Source of the DNA: Dehalococcoidia bacterium
Lineage (GTDB): Bacteria > Chloroflexota > Dehalococcoidia > UBA2979
Direction: 5' to 3'
DNA: 64,000 nucleotides
Assembly (NCBI GenBank): GCA_965219085.1
Contig: OZ244720.1
Coordinates: forward strand, 3,232,001-3,296,000
The notes beneath the pieces are model-generated. The model ran no database searches. It saw only the letters and a program-made list of their open reading frames with translations, and was not told where the DNA came from. Shown here one piece after another: positions 57,471-64,000 of the stretch. A program made the translations under genes and the position numbers. Positions within the stretch are counted from its first letter, which is position 1. Every line of letters starts with the position of its first letter.

Positions 57471-59681
57471 GTGAAGCGCAACGGCCCTGGTCGACCGCGC
57501 CATCCCGACGTCCTGACGCCGGCCGAGTGGCGCCTGCTGGAGGCGTTGCGCGACGGCGGCACGAACGCCGCGATCGCCACGCGCCTCGGCATCAGCCGCG
57601 ACACGGTCAAGTACCACGTCTCGAACATGCTCGCGAAGCTGGAACTCGACGACCGCCGCGCGCTCGCGGCCTGGCGGCCCGGCGCCGAGCGAGGCCGCCT
57701 GCGTGGGCTGTTCACCTTCCCGGCGGCCATCGAGACGCTCGCGCGCTCCGTCGTCACGGTCGGCGTGGGCGCCGCGGCCGTCGCCGGCGTCGTGGTGGCG
57801 GTCGTCGCGGCCGTGGCCGTGGTGGCCGTAGTGCTGGTCGGGGGCGACGGGAACGGCGACTTCGCGGCGCTCAGGCCGGCGAACACGGTGACGCCGCAGC
57901 CCTCCCCCTCGGCGATGGCGGTCGCGCCGACGCCTACTGCGACCGTCACCCCGACGCCCATCGCGACCGCGACGCCGACGCCCGCGCCGACTGCGACGCC
58001 GCCACCCACACCAACCCCGACCGTGACCCCCTCGCCCACGCCGACCCCGGCCCCGACCGCCTCACCCACACCCGTGCCGACGCCCGCACCCGTCGCCACG
58101 CCGCCGCCCGGTCGCTACGTCGACATCGAGGCCGGCTTCCGCCGCGCCTGCGCCCTGACCGACGAGGGCGAGGTGGTGTGTTGGGGCGAGCTCAGCCCCG
58201 GCCATCCGGAGGTCCTACAGGGCCGCTACCAGGCGGTGATTTCGCCGCACTGGCAGAGCCCGGAGGGCGCATTCGGCGCCTGCGCACTGACGGAGGACGG
58301 TGGGGTGATGTGCTGGGACGCGCTAGCCGGCATGCAGCCCGTGGGATTGCCCGGGCCGTACACCACAGTGAGCGCGAGTAGCGGTCACATGTGCGCCGTC
58401 ACCGAGACTCGGGAGGCCGAGTGCTGGGGTGCGAACTTCTACGGGCAGTCGGACGCACCAACGGGGCGCTACACGGCCATCAGCACAGGGAGCATCAAGT
58501 ACGCGGCGACGAGTTGCGCCCTGAGTGAGGCCGGGCAGATCGTCTGCTGGGGAGCCGGGTGGCAGACCGCCGACGCTCCGGCGGGCGTATACACGGCCGT
58601 GACCACGAGCGGGGGTCGCCACTGCTCACTCGCGGATGACGGTGAGATCGTCTGCGAAGGGTCCGCCGGCGCGCCTCCGGGCCTCTACCAGGCTGTCGAT
58701 GCCAACTGGCTCCACACATGCGCCATTTCCGTCACCGGCGAGGCCGTCTGCTGGGGCGGCCAGACCACCATCTTGAGCCCGCCGCCCGGACGCTATACCG
58801 ACATCAGCGTCGGCACCGAGTTCGCGTGCGCCTTGACGGCGGCCAGTGAGGCAAGGTGCTGGGAGTCACACAGGCCGGTATCGCAGCAGCCTGATCCCGC
58901 TCCAGGTCGCTACACCGCGGTCAGCGATGGCGGATACCACACCTGCGCCCTCACCGAGGATGGCGAGGCGGTCTGCTGGGGCTGGAACATGCGCGGCCAG
59001 ACGGAGCCACCGATCGAGTCGTTCACTACCATCGACTCGGGTAGCCACCACACATGTGCGCTGACGAAGGCAGGTGAGGCCGTGTGCTGGGGCGACAACT
59101 GGAACGGCCAGACCGACGCGCCGCCTGGTCGATACACCTCAATCAGCGCGGGTTCTCGTCACACGTGCGCGGTGACCGATGACCGGCGCGCTATCTGCTG
59201 GGGTAGGGAAGGGCTCGGGGAGCCGGATGTGCCGTCGGGTGGGTACACAGCGATCAGCACCGGGAGCGAGCACGCCTGCGCGTTGGCGGTGAACGGCGAA
59301 GCGGTGTGCTGGGGCGAGAACAGCCAGGGCCAAATCGATGCGCCACCGGGCCGCTATATCGCCGTCAGCGTCGGGGGCGGACACTCCTGCGCGCTCACAG
59401 AGGCAGGACGGATAGTCTGCTGGGGCAGTTGGAACGACGACACAGCAATGGACGGGCTTGCGCCGTTCGTAGCTCTCAGCTCCAGTTGGTACACCACATG
59501 TGCCGTGACCGTAGCCGGCGAGGCGCATTGCTGGTCAGCCGATGGTCGCACCCTCGACACGCCTATCGGACCGTTCGAGGCGATCAGCCACGGCGGGAAT
59601 CGCACCTGTGGAGTGACCAGGGATGGAGAGGTCGTCTGCCGGGGCGACGTTGAGTACCAAATCGAGCCCTACGGCATCTGA
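57471..59681 (+). CDS. LuxR-type HTH, TM, PT linker and RCC1/BLIP-II repeat protein
   Basis: LTPAE...[27 protein letters not shown], long hydrophobic helix, PT-rich linker, over 10 CWG repeats. Confidence 0.85.
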   Translation: MKRNGPGRPRHPDVLTPAEWRLLEALRDGGTNAAIATRLGISRDTVKYHVSNMLAKLELDDRRALAAWRPGAERGRLRGLFTFPAAIETLARSVVTVGVGAAAVAGVVVAVVAAVAVVAVVLVGGDGNGDFAALRPANTVTPQPSPSAMAVAPTPTATVTPTPIATATPTPAPTATPPPTPTPTVTPSPTPTPAPTASPTPVPTPAPVATPPPGRYVDIEAGFRRACALTDEGEVVCWGELSPGHPEVLQGRYQAVISPHWQSPEGAFGACALTEDGGVMCWDALAGMQPVGLPGPYTTVSASSGHMCAVTETREAECWGANFYGQSDAPTGRYTAISTGSIKYAATSCALSEAGQIVCWGAGWQTADAPAGVYTAVTTSGGRHCSLADDGEIVCEGSAGAPPGLYQAVDANWLHTCAISVTGEAVCWGGQTTILSPPPGRYTDISVGTEFACALTAASEARCWESHRPVSQQPDPAPGRYTAVSDGGYHTCALTEDGEAVCWGWNMRGQTEPPIESFTTIDSGSHHTCALTKAGEAVCWGDNWNGQTDAPPGRYTSISAGSRHTCAVTDDRRAICWGREGLGEPDVPSGGYTAISTGSEHACALAVNGEAVCWGENSQGQIDAPPGRYIAVSVGGGHSCALTEAGRIVCWGSWNDDTAMDGLAPFVALSSSWYTTCAVTVAGEAHCWSADGRTLDTPIGPFEAISHGGNRTCGVTRDGEVVCRGDVEYQIEPYGI

Positions 59682-61015
59682 CTTGCCCTCGCCCAGTCCC
59701 CTGCCGCCATCCGCGCCACCTCGATCGCCATCCGCATCGTGTAGTTCTGGCCGCGGTCCTCGGGGTAGAGCTGCGTGTTGTTCGCCAGGTACAGGCCCTC
59801 GACGGGCGTGCGGTGGGGGGCGATCGTCTCGGCGTAGCGGTGGTGCACGATGGGCTGACCGGAGCGGTCCTTGAACATCCACATGTCGTCGATCCACGAG
59901 CGGTCGAACGAGGGGTTGATGCGGCGGATGTGGGGCTCGTAGCGGGCGAGCACCTGCTCCGCGTCCTCCTCGGTCACCGGGTCGCCGGGGTCGGCGTAGT
60001 TCGAGAAGTAGACGATGTGCTTGCCGCCGTACTCGGCGGGGTCGCGGAAGTTCGTCTGCTCGACCGCGACGACGAACGGGCAGTCGGCGTCGGTGGCCGT
60101 GAGCCAGTAGATCTCCGACAGCGGCCGGTCGATCGAGAGCACCAGCACGGTCGCCCACTGGTAGTCGACGCCATCGAGGAGCGCGCGGTACTCCTCGCCG
60201 AGCTCCGGCGCGAGCCGCGCGAGGATCGGCGAGGCGACGGTCGCGAGCACCACGTCGGCGGGTAGCAGCTCGGACTCGCCGCCGGGCTCGGCGGGTTCGA
60301 GCTCGACGCCCGTCGCGCGGCCGTCCTCGACGACCACCCGGCGCACGGGCCGGCCGGCAAGCACGGTGCCGCCGCGCGCCTCGATGGCCGCGGTGAACGC
60401 GTCGACCATGCGGCCGAAGGAGCCGCTGAGGTAGCCGAGCTGCTCCTTCGCGAGCGGGCCGCCTTCGCGCGAGGCGAAGCGGAGGTAGATCTTGCTCCAG
60501 AACCACGGCATCGCCACGTCGGGGGCGTGGCGGCCGAACTTGGCGCGCAGGAGCGGGCCCCACACGCGCTCGTAGCCCTCCCGGCCCGCACGGCGTCTGA
60601 TCCACTCCGCCGCGCGCTGCCCCTCGTAGCGCTCCCAGTCGGCGACGCGACGCAGCCACAGCGCGCTCAGGCCGAGGCGCAGCCGTGTCAGCAGCGAGAC
60701 CGGCGTGAAGCGCAGCAGGTCGAGCGCGCCGGTGAAGCGGAAGATGCGGCCCTCGACGAGCATCCCCACCTTCGACTCGCGCCACTCGAGGTCCTCGCCG
60801 AGGCCGAGTTCCTCGATCAGCTCGGCGATGACGGTGTCGGAGCGGAAGAGGTGGTGGTAGAAGCTCTCGATCCGCCCGCCGCCGATCTCGAACGTGCGTA
60901 TCTGCCCGCCGAGCACCGGGGATGCCTCGACGAGGTGCACCGAGTGGCCCTGCTTCGCCAGCTCGTAGGCGGCGGCGAGACCGCCCACCCCGGCCCCGAT
61001 CACGACCGCCCTCAT
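59669..61015 (-). CDS. NAD(P)/FAD-dependent oxidoreductase (amine oxidase/PPO-like)
   Basis: [21 protein letters not shown] and YPEDRGQNY motifs. Confidence 0.88.
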   Translation of the reverse strand: MRAVVIGAGVGGLAAAYELAKQGHSVHLVEASPVLGGQIRTFEIGGGRIESFYHHLFRSDTVIAELIEELGLGEDLEWRESKVGMLVEGRIFRFTGALDLLRFTPVSLLTRLRLGLSALWLRRVADWERYEGQRAAEWIRRRAGREGYERVWGPLLRAKFGRHAPDVAMPWFWSKIYLRFASREGGPLAKEQLGYLSGSFGRMVDAFTAAIEARGGTVLAGRPVRRVVVEDGRATGVELEPAEPGGESELLPADVVLATVASPILARLAPELGEEYRALLDGVDYQWATVLVLSIDRPLSEIYWLTATDADCPFVVAVEQTNFRDPAEYGGKHIVYFSNYADPGDPVTEEDAEQVLARYEPHIRRINPSFDRSWIDDMWMFKDRSGQPIVHHRYAETIAPHRTPVEGLYLANNTQLYPEDRGQNYTMRMAIEVARMAAGDWARASQMP

Positions 61016-61046
61016 GCGGGTATACCCGCATCCCAGAGAGACACGA

Positions 61047-62090
61047 CTACCCGGACTTCCGCGGATGCGCGGCGGTGACGGGTTCACCGACCGGCTCCGG
61101 GCCGTCCGCCGCAGGCTCGTCGCCCGCGTGGAGGATGGCGCCGACGGCGATGTGACGCCGCCACAGCAGCAGCAGGCCGAGCAGCACGACGGGGATGAGC
61201 AGCAGCGCGTGCAGCGCGATCGCGTAGGCCGTGCCGACGGCGATCGTGGCGCCGAACACCACGGCGGTCTCGCGCGCGAGCAACTCGAACGGCCCGATGC
61301 CGCCCGAGGTCCACGGCACGGCGATGGCGAGGTTCGCGGCCCCGCACACGCCAAGGTAGAGCAGCGGGTCGAGGCTCAGGCCCATGCCGACCCCCACGAG
61401 CCAGTACATCGCCGCCTCGAGCGCCCACGAGGCGGCGCTGACGACGAAGATCGCGGTCCAGCCACGCGCGCTGCGTACCGCCGTCAGACCCTCGAGCAGG
61501 CGCGCGAGGCGCGGCGCAACGAGTGCGCGCAGCCGCGTGGGTGCGAGCGCGAGCAGGCGCGTCGCCAGTGCGGGGTCGCGGGCGAGGCGCGGGCCGAGCA
61601 GCATCAGGCCGAGCGTGAGCACGACGAAGCCGATGCCCGTCGCCGCGGCGAGGGCGCGCAGCGCGCCGTTCCCGCCGGCGAGCGCGATCGTGCCGGCCAG
61701 GAACAGCGCGAGCACGAGCCCGTCGAGGATCCGCTCGAGCCCGATCGTGCCGAGGGCGCGTGCGCGGTCGGCCTCGTGACGGTCGTGCAGCAGCTGCACG
61801 CGCACGAACTCGCCGGCGCGCATCGGCAGCACGTTGTTGGCGGCGTAGCCGATCACCACGAGCGCCGTCGCGTCGTTCGTCGAGAGCTGCGCGGTGCCGC
61901 GCAGCGCCATGCGCCAGCGCGCCCCGCGCACCCACAGCGCCACGAGGTACACGCCGAAGGCGAGGACCAGCCACGCGGGCTGGGCGGCGCCGAAGGCGTC
62001 CCCAAGCTCCGCGAAGTCGACGCGCCAGAGCAGGAGCGCGACGAACAGCAGGCTGACCGCGAGTCCGATCGCGGCGCGGCGTTTGCCCAC
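61047..62090 (-). CDS. LPG-synthase TM / UPF0104 flippase-like protein
   Basis: RGARWR, ANNVLPMRAGE, ERILD and GGIGPFE motifs. Confidence 0.88.
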   Translation of the reverse strand: MGKRRAAIGLAVSLLFVALLLWRVDFAELGDAFGAAQPAWLVLAFGVYLVALWVRGARWRMALRGTAQLSTNDATALVVIGYAANNVLPMRAGEFVRVQLLHDRHEADRARALGTIGLERILDGLVLALFLAGTIALAGGNGALRALAAATGIGFVVLTLGLMLLGPRLARDPALATRLLALAPTRLRALVAPRLARLLEGLTAVRSARGWTAIFVVSAASWALEAAMYWLVGVGMGLSLDPLLYLGVCGAANLAIAVPWTSGGIGPFELLARETAVVFGATIAVGTAYAIALHALLLIPVVLLGLLLLWRRHIAVGAILHAGDEPAADGPEPVGEPVTAAHPRKSG

Positions 62091-62211
62091 GCCCACTCCC
62101 GTCCAGCCCGCGGGAACCACCTCGCCCCGCCGTGGTTCCATGTTGGGCCACGCGGGCGCATGCGGCCAGCGGCGGGGACGCCCCTTCGGTGGCGCAGCGC
62201 TTCGAGGGGCG

Positions 62212-64000
62212 CTACGGCGGGAAGAGCACCTCGCCGCGCAGCGCGCCGATCGTCTCCTCGGGCACGCCGCCGGCGATGAAGTCTGCCCAGTCGGCGATGA
62301 GCTCACCCGACGCCAGCCCGTCAAGCAGGCTTCCCCACGAAGTCGTGCGGTACCCGGCCTCCGGGAACCACCAGCGATGCACGTAGGGGCGGCTGAAGGC
62401 GAAGCGCTGGCGCAGCGCCGCGTCGTACGGCAGCGTCGTGCTGGAGGTGATGACGATGGCGTCTTCGGCGTATCCGCCGGCGCGCACGGACTCCGCCGGC
62501 AGGTAGCGAACATCGGGTAGGTCGCGCAGGTACCAGGCCCAGGGCCACGTCAGCGAGGATGTCGTGTCCACGACGATCGTCACGGGGTCCGGGCGGGCGG
62601 CCACGTGGTCCTCGATCTCGCGCGTGAGGCGAGGCACGTCGGGTGCGGTCTGAGTGTAAATGAGCGGCTCGACGGGCGTGTCCGGATGCCCGAACGAGAC
62701 CCCGACCGCGGTGCGCAGCGAGAGCACCACGAGGAGCAACACCGCGGCCGCGCCCGCGCCCGCCGCCCCCCAGGTCGCCACCGTCGCGCGCTCGTCGCGC
62801 AGGCGCCGCCACAGCGGTGGTAGCGCGGCGCCGATCGCATGGCCCGCGAGGAGTGCGAGCGGCACTGCGAGGTGCACGTTGAGCCACGGCATCTTCTCGC
62901 CCGCGAACGTCAGCACGAGCAGCGTCGATACGAACCACCACGCGAGCAGCCTCGCCAGCCCGTCACCGCGCCGCAGCAGCCAGGCGCCGCCGAGGAGCGC
63001 CGGGATCAGCACCAGGAACTCGTAGAGCGGGAGCATCATCAGGTAGTAGAACCACGGCTGATTGCCGCGGCGCACGTCCTGCTGGTCGAGCCAGTAGTCG
63101 AGCTGCCCCCAGAACGCGCCGAGGAAGCCGTCGGGGTTGGTGAACCACGTCGTGTAGAGCGGCACCGTGATGGCGAGCACGACCAGCGCGAGCAGCGGCC
63201 AGCGCCGGGCGTCCCACGCCATGCCGACCAGCGCCGCCGCGCCCATCGTCGCGAGGACCGTGACCGTCACGCCGTGCCCGGCGCCGAGGCGGCTCGTCTC
63301 CGCATCGCCCGTCACGAACTGGTAGCCGGCGGCCAGGAACGGGAGCGTCAGCGTGCCGAGCACCACGAGCAGGTCGGCCTCGCGCGGGCGCTCCCCGAAC
63401 CCCAGCCGCGCGCGCAGCGGATCGAGGTGCGTCCACAGCGCAGCGACGACCCACGCGACGGGAAACAGCGCCATCGCCAGTGCGGCGCGTCGAGGTCCAC
63501 GCGCGTCTGCCTGGTCGAGCAGGGCCCCGGTAAGCGTCGCGTTGAGGTAGAGCAGGGTGCTGGCGAGGACGATGTACGCCGTCTCCTTCGTCGCGAACCC
63601 GAGCGCGAGCGCGGCGGCGGCGAGCACGAGCCAGCGCGTGCGGCCGTCGGCGCGGTAGCGCCAGACGGCGGCCACGATCAGCACCGCCCAGAGCACCGCG
63701 ATCACGTCGTTGCGGGAGAAGCGCGAGAAGTAGAGCAACACCGGCGAGAGGGTGAGCAGCGTGGCGGCCGCGACGGTCGCCACCGGGCCGATCGAGCGCC
63801 GGAACAGCAGGGGCGTCGTCACGAGCGCGGCGCCCGCCAGCGCCATCGGCAGGCGCGATGTGACGTCGCCGTCGCCTGCGAGCTTGAACAGGCCGGCGAC
63901 GGCATGGAACAACAGCGGGCCGTGCATGAGCGGGTTGTGCTCGTAACCACGGCCCTCGGCGAGGTACCACGCGAACGTGGCGTGCAACGACTCGTCGTGG
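62212..64000 (-). CDS. TIGR03663/Agl23-like membrane glycosyltransferase-associated protein (5' truncated by the window)
   Basis: HDESLHA, PLMHGP, YFSRFSRND, TKET, GEKMPWL and LIYTQT motifs. Confidence 0.85.
   Translation of the reverse strand, partial: HDESLHATFAWYLAEGRGYEHNPLMHGPLLFHAVAGLFKLAGDGDVTSRLPMALAGAALVTTPLLFRRSIGPVATVAAATLLTLSPVLLYFSRFSRNDVIAVLWAVLIVAAVWRYRADGRTRWLVLAAAALALGFATKETAYIVLASTLLYLNATLTGALLDQADARGPRRAALAMALFPVAWVVAALWTHLDPLRARLGFGERPREADLLVVLGTLTLPFLAAGYQFVTGDAETSRLGAGHGVTVTVLATMGAAALVGMAWDARRWPLLALVVLAITVPLYTTWFTNPDGFLGAFWGQLDYWLDQQDVRRGNQPWFYYLMMLPLYEFLVLIPALLGGAWLLRRGDGLARLLAWWFVSTLLVLTFAGEKMPWLNVHLAVPLALLAGHAIGAALPPLWRRLRDERATVATWGAAGAGAAAVLLLVVLSLRTAVGVSFGHPDTPVEPLIYTQTAPDVPRLTREIEDHVAARPDPVTIVVDTTSSLTWPWAWYLRDLPDVRYLPAESVRAGGYAEDAIVITSSTTLPYDAALRQRFAFSRPYVHRWWFPEAGYRTTSWGSLLDGLASGELIADWADFIAGGVPEETIGALRGEVLFPP

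Noticed and set aside
57890-58110. ACGCCG-type tandem repeats (also near 5560-5610 and 39925-39960)
   Set aside because: They encode Pro/Thr-rich linkers inside proteins and are not independent DNA elements.
57471-59681. Diversity-generating retroelement acting on the RCC1 repeats
   Set aside because: No reverse transcriptase and no adenine-specific template/variable repeat pair was seen.

Overview
Very GC-rich bacterial chromosomal segment. Gene content suggests Chloroflexota (Dehalococcoidia/SAR202-like), possibly host- or sponge-associated; this is inference only. The content includes six crotonase paralogs, two luciferase-like monooxygenases, amidohydrolases, four MFS transporters, a stand-alone molybdopterin large subunit, a TIGR03663-like protein, and LRR, RCC1 and vWA exported proteins. 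The first 42 kb is mostly catabolic and transport genes interspersed with three intact type II PIN toxin-antitoxin pairs and one probable remnant. The right part holds mutL, mutS, an unusual nuoE/nuoF-like pair, a LuxR-TM-RCC1 regulator and glycosylation-associated genes. The highlight is a nested IS stack at 42.4-48.0 kb. An IS5 element (CTAG duplication) has its transposase interrupted by two different IS110-family recombinase elements. Their non-coding ends contain readable bridge/seek-RNA loops whose guides match the exact IS5 insertion sites and their own circle junctions. An IS481 later inserted at the IS5 end, next to an older IS481 remnant. No rRNA, tRNA or CRISPR array was seen. Three genes carry single-base frameshifts, which could be real or sequencing error.
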